Shown here: piece after piece, positions 42,094 to 54,394 of the stretch
Layout: every line of letters begins with the position of its first letter
Position numbering within the stretch: position 1 is the stretch's first letter
Source of the DNA: Felis catus
Taxonomy: Eukaryota
Direction of reading: 5' to 3'
Assembly: GCF_018350175.1 (NCBI RefSeq)
Contig: NC_058368.1
Span: 51,833,815 to 51,897,814, forward strand
DNA: 64,000 nt
Made by a program: the position numbers and the translations under genes
The notes under the pieces: generated by a model
What the model was told of the DNA's origin: nothing
The model's input: the letters and a program-made list of their open reading frames with translations, nothing else
Databases searched by the model: none

Positions 42094-44267
42094 TGTTTAA
42101 ACTTAATCCTAATGTTGAAAGTGACTTTCTTGATTAGCTCTAGGTATTATTTATATGGGTAAATGACCTCTTTAGCTAGACGTTTCTGAAAGATGGTATA
42201 TATATCATGTTTTTGTAAGTTATTACATTTTGAATACAAATGGAAGTTTAAATACTGAGTATCACAATGTTCTGGGGCTGTATGTTTATATAAATATAAC
42301 AAACATGTATATTAAACCTATATAACAAATATGCATATATATTATATATGTTAAGCGTATGTAATAAATATGTATATATATATTAGCCTATCACACAAAC
42401 ACATGTTTATAAACATGAATATGTGTTAACATGTAACAAACATGTTATATTGACATATAGCAAGTAAATATATGTATACTATGTGTATGGGTACATATAC
42501 CATGGTTACTGATTTGAAAATGTTTCATTTGTCATCATAGGTTGAATGAACTAGCACTGTGGGAAAGATTCAAATTAACCTGGTAGGTTTTTCTACCTAT
42601 AATTTGAAGAATGAGGGTCTTGGGGACTACAACTAACTTGCCCTGAATAAACAATCACCAGGAATACCAATCAGGGAGGGATGTCTACTACTTCTGCAGC
42701 CCTTCTCCTTGTAGGAATACACTGGCAAATGCATACTGCTTGAATCCTCTTTACTTTGCGTGTGTCTGGGAAAGAACTTAAGAACACCTGTTTCAAAGAA
42801 GCAGCAGGACTTCCCGGTCCCGTGTGCTCATTCATCAGGCCATGGAGAGCTGTGGAGAAATTAATGCTTTTCAAGTTTACCCAATAAACCTAGAGGATCA
42901 GATAAGCTGCAAGCCATATGTACCTACCCCAGGGGGCTTGCTCAGGTTGGGGCCGAGTCAGCAGTGCCTGCTTAATGTGAACTTAAGGCCCTTCGGAAAC
43001 CTTGTATTTCAGTCTGGTCAGAGTTGATGAGAGAACCAGTAAAATACTATCTTTACCCAGGTTCCTGAGTCCCTTTAAGTTTAGTGCAGACATGGGAGTG
43101 CATCTACATGTAAGCATTCTATAGGCTCTCGCCTGTAGGTATGGACAAATATAATCTGATCACCTGGGAAATTTATAGCTAAGGCGATGGTTCGTGAAAA
43201 TAGAGTGGTGGTATTTGGGTTTAGGTCAAAATGCTGCGGTCTGGATAAAATTTCCTGCCACCATAAGTGAGAATAGCAAGCTTTAGAAGAGGAGTGTCTC
43301 CTATCCATTCACTGATCTTAGACCACTCTGTCACTGGTGTTTGTGAAGGGCCATGCATGGGATTCCTCTGATTGTTTGGCTTAGTATTGAGGCCTGTCCA
43401 CCTGTTGTATGAAGAAGGAATAAGAACAGAGGATTGAAAGTTTATCTCCCCTTTCCCCCTTTCCCTTACTTTGCAGGACTCTGTGGTTAAAAAACACCAT
43501 TATTTAAGAGTCAGAGACATGACCTTAGCAGCCCGTGGTTTTGAAGAAACCATACTTGTTAGAATGTGGCATTTGGGACATATGCTTCCTCTGAGATAGT
43601 CTTTGGATACAGAAGTGAGCACCGTTGACCTACCCTGATCAAATCGTTGAATGTTCAAGGTTTAGTACTTTGCCTCTGAGTTGAAAGACTGAGTCTGTAA
43701 AGTTGTCTCGATAAGAAGACGTAATGCAGAAAGCATGCTCATCATTTTGACAAGACGTGTTAAAATGCCTGAGAATTGGGAAGAGTAAAAGGGCAGATTT
43801 CTGCACTTCCTTTCTAGCTACTAGAACATTTCCCCTCTGGGTTTAGAGAATGATTTTGCTACAACTTGCTTTAACTTTTCAGCACTCTTCTAAAAAAAAA
43901 AAAAAAATTGCTTCAGTGTGTGAGTGCATGCCACAAGCTTTTGTCCGGTGCTTGCCCTGTTTGTTATCGTCCCACAAACACACCTAAACGTGGGAACCTT
44001 GCAAAAGCAAGATGCTACATGATTTGCTCCATTTGAGAACTAGCATGTGGCAGGATGGAGACTGGAATTCTGGTATCTAGATTCTTAGTCGAGGGTCCTT
44101 TTAGTCTTTTGCTGATCTTTATTATAATATGTTATGAAAAATTACAGTAAGGAGGTACACTGTTGGCCATCATTGTTATATCACATCACGTGACATACCC
44201 TTATGATGCAGTTCTAATCCTGTGCGTTCTCCAGAGTGAGTATTGTTAAACTGGTATGTCTGTTACC

Positions 44268-44586
44268 CTGGGGGTTGGCAAATTGTGGCCCTGTCTGGCC
44301 TTCAACCTGTTTTTGTATGGCCCAGGAGATAAAAAGCGGCTCACATTTTTAAATGGTTGGAAAAAATAAAAATTCATGACCTATAATTTTTGTGAAATTC
44401 AACTCTCTGTATATATAAGTAAAGTTATATCAGTGCATAGTCCCATTCATTCATTTACGTGTTGCCTGTGGCTGCTATATAATGCTATGATGGTGGAATT
44501 AAGAAGTTGCAATGGAGACTATATGGCCAGCAAAACCTAAAATATTTACTAGTTGGCCCTTTGTAGAAAACATTGGCCAACGCCTG
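44268..44586. mobile_element. MER58-like hAT-Charlie element
   Basis: TIRs ctgggggttggcaaat ... attggccaacgcctg. Confidence 0.8.
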
Positions 44587-44659
44587 TGTGAGTCTGTTGC
44601 CATGATCCCTGAGTTTCACTGGTATTGAATACAGCCATCTAGCCCTTCATTTTATTCCC

Positions 44660-46580
44660 TTTACCAAGGTCTTACCAAAGATCTCTAAAATTCCCCAATG
44701 ACACATAGCCTGCAGTCACTAAGGTGGTCAACTCTCTAAACCTAAACCTCTAGGACATAAATGCCTTTACAGAAACATAAAACATTTGCTAATATCTTCA
44801 AATAGTTTTTTAGGCTCCCTTATTGTTACAGAGTCACCTAGGCAATTACTTTGACTTCTCCCCCTGGGGGCCACACCATTACTACTACACTGGTCTTTTA
44901 CTCCAGCCTCTGCCTTCTGAGCATATTTATTGCCTTCTAATATACAGATAACGGAGGCCAATATTGCATTCTCTGTATCCTCACTAGCTTTGCCTTCTAG
45001 TTGCATAGGAAGAAATAACTCTCCCTTTTCTAAGGCTGTTCCCTCTACCTTACCTCTCTGTCACATTCCTTCTGATCTCCAGGACCTCAGTTCAGTGCAT
45101 TCCCCTTTTCTGTAGACTCTTGTTTTCTCTACTGGTTCTGTTCTCATTCTATCAGTATGTAGGTCTCCCTTATCCTAAAGAACTATCCTCCCTTGAGTTT
45201 CATGCTCTGCAAACCTACAACCCTATTTCTCTTATTTTTATAGCCTGATCTCTCTAGGAAGAGTTATTTCTTCTTCCTCATCTTACATCTGCTTGACCTA
45301 TAAAAACAGGTTTCTGTTCTAGCTCCTCTGTTGAATCCGCTCTCTTCGGTGGTCCAGTTGTCCAGCCAGTTGCCGTTTCTTAGTCATCATCCCATAGTAA
45401 CTTCTGCGTCCATGTTGCAACCCTTCATTATCTTTAGTGTTTTTGGGCTCTGCTCATCCCTGAACTCTGCAGCCTTTCCCAGTCTTTGTTACTGAGTCTC
45501 CCTTTATCCACTTGTAAATGTTCCTGAAGTCACTTCTCTTTTCCTTGTGTACCTTCTTCTTGGGTGACTTTATTCATGCCTGTGGCTTCATGTAACACCT
45601 ACTTGTTGACGTGCCCCGAATCTTTTTTTCTCTAGCTGCTTTCCTGAACTCTCCACCCCTTAGTGGGCACCAGCACGTAGGTATGTCCTATAACCATCTC
45701 AAATTCAGCTGCTTTTTTCCTTCCATTTCAGCACGCTTATCTTATGTTCCCTGTCTTAGTGGATGGCATCAGTGTTTTAGAAACCATGGCATTAGCTTTG
45801 GCCGCCTCCTTTTCTCCACTCCCTGTATTCATTGGGTCACCAGACATCTCCTCTTTAGCTCAGATGTGGCTTATTTAAAATATTTTCATCAAATGTTCTG
45901 CTGATACTTTAGTTTGATCCCTTGTGATGACTCACCAACTCTGCTGTGAAACCTCCTAACTGGTCTTTCAGTCACTGCTCCCTGCCCGAATTGTCCACCA
46001 TCTGTATGGCCATTTGTGCCGTCTTCATAACATACATATCTGACCGGGCCTTTCTCCTCCTCAGTCAAAACACAAATTGAATATTAAAGCGCGTCCTCCT
46101 AATGACAGTGCGGAAGCTGCCGCCACCCATCCTCCAGCCCTAGCTCTTCTCCTGCGTCCCCGTGCTTCAGTCCTAACAACACGCACCCTTCCTTGACCAC
46201 GCACTGCTTCTTCTTGCTTCCGTGGCTTCACATAAGTTATTTCTGCCTGGAATGGGAATGGCCTCGGACCCTGTAGGATAACCTCCTCAACTTTCAAGGG
46301 CCATGTTAAACATAATCTCTCCTGGTGAAGTCTTTGGACTCCCTTGGAAAGTTAATCATGGTCTTCACTTTGTGAGTGTACTTCACGGTGCCTTTTTTCC
46401 ACTTACTGTATCACATCATATGCATATCTTACTTGCCTGCCTTCTACACTAGCTGGTCTTCAGAAATTGGAGTGGGAAGGAAAGGAGGGCAATAATCATA
46501 TTTTATTCATCTCCGTATCTGCAGCATCTGGTACTTTATAGTCCCATGGTGGGTGCCTCCTCAAATGAATAGAGAAATGA
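44660..46580. mobile_element. Ancient L2 remnant
   Basis: CT-rich degenerate L2 motifs (tctgcctggaatg, acctcctaactggtct) ending in tgaatagagaaatgaa. Confidence 0.65.
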
Positions 46581-47310
46581 ATTTTAAAAAGCAGGTGGGA
46601 GCATCAGGGCCAGATTTCTGAGAACGACTGTGGAGCAGGGAAATAACTATGTGCTGTGTGTGTCTTTGAAAGATATTTGCGTCACTGCTCGAGACTGACC
46701 TTTAATGTTTTTTGTTTTGTTTTGTTTTGTTTTTATCTCTTGGTAAATTTTGAATGAAGGAACGACTCTGGCTGTGCTCTATAAATGTAGGGTGTCTGCA
46801 TAATGCTAGAGCATGCCGCTTTATTTTTGGCTCACGGGGTACACAGGGTCTTGCCTGTGAAGATTTAAATGATAGTTGACCAGTTTCTCAGGGAAGATCC
46901 TGGGTTAGGGAATGATGGAGAATATAAATTTGGGTAGCTGAGAAGAGCCACAAGCGAGGAGATACAAAATTATAAGTTATTTAGAAATCAGTTCTGTGAA
47001 TTTTAATACAACAGATCTAAAATTTGCCTTTAACGAGTTTTCATCAGACTTATCAAAAGCTGAAGAAGTAAAACACTCACAGGGGCTGCTTTAGACTGAT
47101 TTCTTAACATGTGATCCTTCTGTCTTTCAAAGCAATGGTCCTGGATCACCTGCTTTGTGTGAGAGATAGATAAGAGAACGTGGCAAATTAGACTGAGCCA
47201 GCCTCTGCAGGCTGCAGTTTTGCCTTTGACAGTCTTATTCGTCAATGAGAAAGGAGAAAGAAGATGGAAGTAGGGAAGATCAGGGCTTATTTTCTAGAAT
47301 AACTTCCCCC

Positions 47311-47651
47311 TATATCTTAGTCTGTTCACGCTACTATGAAACAAAATCCCACAGAGGAGGTGGGCAGCACTTTACTGCTCACAGTTCTGGAGGCTGGATG
47401 TCTGAGACCAGGTGCCAGCATGCACAGGCATGGGGGGCCCTCTGCCAGGTTGCAGATTTCTTGTGCTCTCACGTTGTGGAAGGGGCTCAGGAGCTTTTTG
47501 GAGCCTCCTTTATAAGGCACTGCTCCAGTTCATGAGGGTTCTGTTCTCATGACTTAAGCTTCTCCCAATGGCCCCACCTATAATGCCTTCATGTTTGGGG
47601 GTTAGCACTTCAGCATGTATTTTGGGGGACACAAACTTTCAGACCATGGTA
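47311..47651. mobile_element. MaLR solo LTR (MLT1A-like)
   Basis: tcttagtctgttc...ctcacagttctggaggctgg...ttttgggggacacaaactttcagaccat. Confidence 0.85.
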
Positions 47652-47792
47652 CCTGTACTGTTAGAAACTACTAGAAAGAGTAAGAGCACTGCCCTCCAGG
47701 ACTTCCTCACCCAACTCAGATGCTGCACTATTGGAGGTAGCATTTATAGAAATTCTACTAAACCCTCTTTTAGCTATTTTATGAACAGTTTC

Positions 47793-48021
47793 TTTTTTTT
47801 TTAATTTTTTTAAATTTTTTTTAATGTTTATTTATTTTTGAGAGAGAGACAGAATGTGAGTGGGTTAGGGGCAGAGAGAGAGGGAGACACAGAATCCGAA
47901 GCAGGCTCCATGTTCTGAGCTGTCAGCACAGAGCCCGGCGCGGGGCTCGAACTCACGAACTGTGAGATCATGACCTGAGCCGAAGCCAGATGCTCAACTG
48001 ACTGAGCCACCCAGGCGCCCC
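47793..48021 (-). mobile_element. Young SINEC_Fc-type SINE
   Basis: Near-consensus felid SINE with CpGs retained. Confidence 0.95.
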
Positions 48022-49049
48022 AACAGTCCTTTGATTGTAAGAGATGGTAGCATTTCAAGAATTTGAGTAAGCTTTGTCACCTTCTTGTAAGGCTTCCTGC
48101 CAACTAGTGTCCTTAGCACGACCCTTCACTTTAACGTTGCAACCTAGCATGGCAGGACCTAGCTCACCCTAGGCAGGGACTCCTGTTAAATCTTGATGTG
48201 TCAATCACCTGATCATAGGCCCTAGCCATTAGTAATATAAAGTCATTTAGGTGGAAACCGGAAGATTCACACACACAAAGTTCAACAACTGAGTGGCTAT
48301 TAGGAAGTATTAATGAGTTGTACTCCTACAGGTATATTTCTTCATTGAGCCTTTATCCAGCTGGGCTGAAATGTCTAACTTTTGTCTTCAAAGATACTGT
48401 GTATATTAAGTTATAGTTAATAAAGTTTAAGAAATTGGGCAAAACCATTTAGATGTTAAGGTAGGAATGGTAAAATGGTTTGAAATAAGGAAATGTTAGT
48501 AAACTCACCAAGATTTTGACCGCATTGCACTTTGATTTTATACTGTGTGCCAGACAGACATTGTGTTCAGTACTGAACTGGCTATCCCTGTGGTGAGAAG
48601 AAAATGTGAAAATAATTGTTTCTAGAAGATGTCCTAGCACTGCTTTATTTTTGAACTCGTTTAGCTTCATGGAGTTACCGATCTTTTGAGGATGATCACT
48701 GAGCTTCTCATTAGATCAGTTACTCTTTTTCCTTTCGTGTGAATTACTGCTTTCTTAAGTTTGATTTTGATTATATTCAGAGACCTACATGTTCAACACA
48801 AATTTGAATATTTGCTATATTTGCTATGAATCTAGGCAAGGCATAGAAGGAATGTCATTGGGGCTGGAAACGTATTTGTTAATAATTCTCAGTTTGGAGA
48901 ATTAAAGAAATTTAGATTCTTAAACCTATCCCATCATCTGTCCTTTGTGATTTTTCTTGTTATTGTCATCACTGGAACATTTATCGAATTAAGTTTTTTC
49001 TGGGGTGGGGGGGGTTGTTATACTTAATGATTTCCAAAAAATGGCTTCA

Positions 49050-49245
49050 GAGGTGCCTGGGTGTCTCGGTTGAATGTTTGGATGTCGATTTCAGCTCATG
49101 TCATAATCTCAGGGTTGTGGGATCAAGCCCTGCATTGGGCTCTGTGTTGAGTGTGCAGCCTGCTTAAGATTCTCTCTCCCTTTGCCCCTCTCCCCTGCTC
49201 GTGTGAGTTCTGCCTTTCTCTTAAAAACAAAAACACAAAACAAAA
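49050..49245 (+). mobile_element. CAN-SINE (diverged)
   Basis: TSD AAAAT(G/A)GCTTCA. Confidence 0.88.
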
Positions 49246-50118
49246 ATAGCTTCACAGATCTGTAATTTACTTTTTCAGTCTGGCAACTTTGAAGATGTAC
49301 CGAAAATAATTGACCATTTTTGTTTTTTGTAGAAAGATGAGGGTTCAGTCCATACCTTAGTACCTAATCACATTTATTTCCATAGAAGATGCTTGTTAGA
49401 TCAGGGAGGCAACATAGAAGGTTTTGCAGTACAGGTGTGTTAGCAAGGAAGTTCAGAAACACTAGAGGTGGGTAGGAGGGCATGGCAGTGGGGAAGGGTC
49501 CTGTGAGATGATCCGGAGTGCCTTCTAGATCCTGTGTGCCCTGAAAAGCCACCGCAGTACTAGTATCCGACTAACACAGCTTTGGTCATGACATTCAGGG
49601 TGGGCTTGCCAGGGACGGTGATGGCGGCTACAGGTTGTTTGAGGAGTAGATGACATTCATCTGGTGCGAGGTGGTGAGCATCCTGGTCAAGGAAATTGCA
49701 GTAGGACTACAGAGAGCATGTGGGAAGGAGTGTCCTGGGAGGCTGTCCAAATTAAGGTATTTAGGAAGGAAAACCTTCAGCATGTCCTGATGTTTGGGCC
49801 CAGCTCCGTTATATCTAGGGCTTGGAATAGAACAAGCAGATACATAGTCCTAAGCCTCATCCCAAGTTTGAGAAGCCCTCTACTTACTGGTAGTACTTTG
49901 CAGTAGAGTGTAAGGAAACATAACTGTTGTTCAGAACTTTGTTTCCCATTTTCTTCTTTAGCAATGCCATCTTACTCCTTTTTTAGGGTCATTTCAATCA
50001 TCCCTGAGCCTCTCAAAAAACATCCTCATATGAAAAGTCCATTAAATTAATTGACTGAAAAAGATAAAATTGCCCTTTAGAAGGTTGTTTTGTTTTATTC
50101 GCTATAGAAATGCTTTCT

Positions 50119-50235
50119 GGGGCACCTGGCCGGCTCAGTTGGTAGAGCATGTGACTCTTGATCTTGGAGTTGTGAGTTCAAGCCCTACGTTGGGGAGTAG
50201 AATTTTACTCACAAAGTATTAGCAAAAAAATAAAA
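50119..50235 (+). mobile_element. Short CAN-SINE (tRNA-like head with short tail)
   Basis: ggggcacctggccggctcagttggtagagcatgtgactcttgatc...gttcaagccc; TSD AAATGCTT(T/C)CTG. Confidence 0.85.
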
Positions 50236-50419
50236 ATGCTTCCTGTTACAATTCCTACAATTCTTCAGCTACATAGTGAAGAATAAGTAGGATGTGATGG
50301 CTTCCTGTCCTTTCCCCTCTCCTCCTCCGCCACAGCCTCGGGTACTAGTCTAATGTTGTTGTTTTGTTAGCTTGCCCCAGGATAATTCTCCTCCCTCTTC
50401 TTAAAAGCCTCCATGCCAA

Positions 50420-50680
50420 AGGACAATGTAGAGCATTCTTTCTTGCAATAGATGCTAATTGTGTTCTTAGTCAGGATCTTGCTGTCATTGCCACAATCAC
50501 TGTACCATTGTGCTGGGAGGCTGGGTCACAGTAGTTATTGTGCAGAGTAGTGAATGCTGTTTACTTGGGATGCATTGTCGCCTGCATCTGTGGGTGAGAA
50601 CACGCAGTTACTGTAATTTGCCTGGCAAGTGATCAGACATCATCTGTTAAGCAAGTTAGCAGTCACAAAGAGCTATTGAT
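50420..50680 (+). promoter_or_regulatory. Candidate SOX-bound internal promoter or enhancer with alternative first exon (ATG 50554, donor after 50593)
   Basis: Cluster of ACAAT/ATTGT/ACAAAG sites including inverted pairs. Short ORF MLFTWDALSPASV(G) ends at TGG|GTGAGA in phase 1. Confidence 0.55.
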
Positions 50681-51295
50681 CTTTTTTTTTTTTTTAATAT
50701 AGAATTTTAATGAGAAACTTTGAGTCCTAGAGATTAAAGGTGCAGGAGTGGCTACCTTGGGTGTGTTGCATACCAAGCCCTACTTTGCAGTGTATTTGGG
50801 AATCAGGCTTGTGTGTCTAGAAGTTACAGGACGGGGAATGGCAGCCTCATGGGTCTCTGCTCTGGCTGAGCTTGAGAAGAGCTCACCCTTAATTACAGGT
50901 TGGGTAAGTGAGGTGACTGCTGTCAGTCAGGAGTGACGCTGTGCTGCAGGGTCCCCTTCTGGACACTGGTGAATTCTGAAAAGTGTGATCCTTGTGCAGG
51001 CGGCTGCTTTCCTCTTTCACTTGCAGGAAGAAGAGCTGTTTTGCATGTAATTGTTGGAATGGGGCGGTACTTACCTCGACGACTCTTGCTGGAATAAGAG
51101 GAAACACTTTGCTCTTTGAAATAACCTTGGTGATATTTTGCAAGGCTCTTAAGTATCCCCATTTTGGAGCAGATTATTTTCTTGACTCCCACACCCCATC
51201 GTTTCTGTCCCTTCAACTGCACTGCCCAGTTTGAAGTGCTCCTCAGCCATCCGCTGGCTCATTAGTGGCGCTCATTAAGAGTGGTCTGGGGGGGT

Positions 51296-51543
51296 GGGGC
51301 GCCTGGGTAGATCAGTCATTGAGCGTCAAACTTCATGATCTCACGGTTCCTGAGTTGGAGCCCCATGTCGGGCTCTGTGCTGACAGCTCAGAGCCTGGAG
51401 CCTGCTTCAGATTCTTTGTCTCCCTCTCTCTCTGCCCCTTCCCTGCTTGCTCTCGCGCGCTCTCTCTCTCTCTCTCTCTCACTCTCTCTCACTCTCTCTC
51501 TCTCTCTCTCAAAAATAAACATTAAAAAAAACATTAAAAAAAA
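51296..51543 (+). mobile_element. SINEC_Fc-type SINE with (CT)n
   Basis: TSD AGTG(G/A)TCTGGGG. Confidence 0.93.
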
Positions 51544-52723
51544 GTGATCTGGGGATGGGAGTCAGGCAGTCCTTTTCATACTTGCTGCTTCAGGTTTGGT
51601 GAGATTTCCAGCAAATACAGTCCAACTAACTGCTTTATGTGAAATTTAACCTCCTCTGTAATTCTTATCTGTTCCCTCCTGCCCTGCTTATTATTATTAG
51701 TCCACGTCTAAGTGATTGCTTTTTAGAAGAATGGATTTTGCTTAGCAAAGTAATCTGTATGCCTTGAAGGAAGACTATGTGATGCTTGGTGTGACTTACT
51801 CAAGTTTTTACGGTTTTGAGGTCTTTTGCATGATCCCAAGAACTCGGAAGTAGCAGGGGTTGGCATTTTGGGCCGAGGGAGATACGTTAATTCTGTCAGG
51901 TGAAGCAGTGTACGAAGAATTAGATCATTTGCCCGTTGTAGGTAAAATTCCTTGTTGTTCCTGAAAGTACTAAATTAATAGTATATATAATCCTACCTTT
52001 AAATGTTACATAAGTAATACATGTTCAATACAAAAAATCTGGAAAATGTTTTTTTATTAAAATAAATGCAACAAGTTGCCAATTCATCTCTACACCTTCC
52101 ATCAAAAATAGCTGTCATTAAATTTTGTATCCTTCTCCTGCGATTTTGTATTGTTTTTCCACAATCCTTGGTTTGGATGCAGGGCTGTTAAGAAATGCAG
52201 CAGTTCCTTTAAGTTTGTGTCCTGTAAGCCAAGAACAGGTTTCCTTAAATATTGCTTGATCAACATTTTCCATATTAAATGGGTTGAAAATGAACCTTAG
52301 GAAAAAATATGGGACTGTGTATAGGTAACAGTCACATTCCCCACAGTTTTTAAGCTTGAGCTTTTTTGGACACTGAACGTTTATATTATTACAAAACACT
52401 TAAATCCTTGTGCAGAAATAGGAAATAGAAAGCATTTCTAACGTAGAAATTCAAAACAGGTTTTCATTATTACACAGGTATATTGGCTTTAATCGAGCTG
52501 ATTCCTAGGTCTTAAATGAAGGTATCAGTAGGACTCTAATTCACAAATTGCCTGTTTTTAAGTATTTTCACCTTCGATATGTGGAAGTCATTTAAGTTAT
52601 CCTTATGAAAAATTGCTTTGTCTTTTCATTTTTTTTTTAACCTCTCCCCTTTCTCCTTCTGACAAATAAGCACCTGCTTCCGGATAGCTAACTGCTGCTG
52701 TTTATTTTCTGCTTCTGTGACAG

Positions 52724-52873
52724 CTAGCCGATGGCGGAGTCTCTTCTCTTCAAATGTCTCCCTGGCTTTTCCTTATAGTCCTGTTGCAAGACTCAGCCCT
52801 TATAGCAATGGCATTAATACTCCCAGCTTCTCTAAAACCTCAAATAAAGCAATACTAACACCTGAAAGAACAG
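52724..52873 (+). CDS. SLAIN1: Candidate SLAIN1 in-frame cassette exon between canonical exons 2 and 3
   Basis: Branch-like GCTAAC at 52687-52692, pyrimidine tract, GACAG| acceptor, donor ACAG|GTAATA. 150 nt, phase 1-1, stop-free: (A)SRWRSLFSSNVSLAFPYSPVARLSPYSNGINTPSFSKTSNKAILTPERT(G). Confidence 0.8.
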
Positions 52874-53989
52874 GTAATATTTCAACTTCTTGACCAGCTG
52901 CTTGCTTTATCATTCGTCACCAAAAACAGCTCACCTGTCCTCTCTTACTGAAAAGTTGAGGGTGACCTTGTGACACAGATTGTGTGCTGCACACTTACTT
53001 TGGGCACCGAGAAGGCTAGCCCTCCTTTGTGCTTGAGCACCATTGGTGTGCTCCCAAGTGTGTGCAACAGGCAGTTTTCCTGGTTAGCAAAACTATACGT
53101 ATATGGCTAGATTTCCAAATGCCTAGTGTGCCTTTAAAATTAAATGTCGAACACAACTCAAGTGTTTTTATTATGACTCAGGAATGTAAACCTTGTATGT
53201 CTTAATTTTTAAAATTTTATTTTTTCTGGTAGCTTTTTATTAAGCCAGGGCTCCACAGGAAAAAAAAATACCCACAGTAGCTTCTTATGAGATGAAATTC
53301 TCGCCATTTCCTTATTTGTCTCAGCATTGGTGTGATTCCATTCCTACAGTTTTTCTCCCTTTGGGGCCTTTCTTCCTTCGTTCTTTTACCCAAGCCATTG
53401 CTTTTTTACTTTTGTGGGTGACTTCCCATCTCCTGGGAGTACTGTACCCTCTGTCGTTGAGATTTTATATATGCTTCTGTGTATATATGTGAGCCTTTTA
53501 CATGTGATGTTCTTATTCATTCATAGCTCTATTTGTACCTGTTTGAAAAACGGACCAGATTATAGTTTAATCTTAAAATTTATAATCCGTTACTACTAGA
53601 GAGAAGCATATGTGATTATTAATCAAAAGTGAACATGGAACTAAGTATTCTTCTATAATGTCTTCAGATATATACTTACCTAATGGGATGCAGATTTCAG
53701 CACTAGTAATATGTATACATTTTGATGTGGTAAAACCATAATTCAATCTGCCCTCTTAACAGTTTTTTTGGTGTATAGTGCAGAGTGATTTTTTTTAATT
53801 GTGAAAATTGAACCTGAAAAAATATATGTGAATCATGAACATGTGAAGGACGTGCATATTGTCTCGCCATTGAATGGTTACGTGTTGGTCACCCTTCAGT
53901 GGCATTATGAAAATAGGAAGAAAATTGCTGATTTGATACAGGAATTGCAAAGCATTATGTAAATATCAGTTCTTCAGACCAAATGATAA

Positions 53990-54178
<189 letters not shown>

Positions 54179-54394
54179 TAGGAAACTTCTTAAATTAGAG
54201 TCTTGTACTTGAAATGTGAGGGGATAGGGAGGCTTAGGCATTTCTCCCAAGGTAATGGATAAGCATTAGATTCTTTTTCTCATGCCTACCCTACCGTGTA
54301 GATGGGCCAGTTAATGCCCCTCAGGCTTTCATGGGCATCATAAGTTGTTAGGACATACTCTGGTCAAAATACATGAATATAAAGACATCACTGG

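Noticed and set aside
50119..50195. tRNA-like sequence with A and B boxes
   Set aside because: It is the tRNA-derived head of a CAN-SINE with an A-rich tail and TSD, not a tRNA gene.
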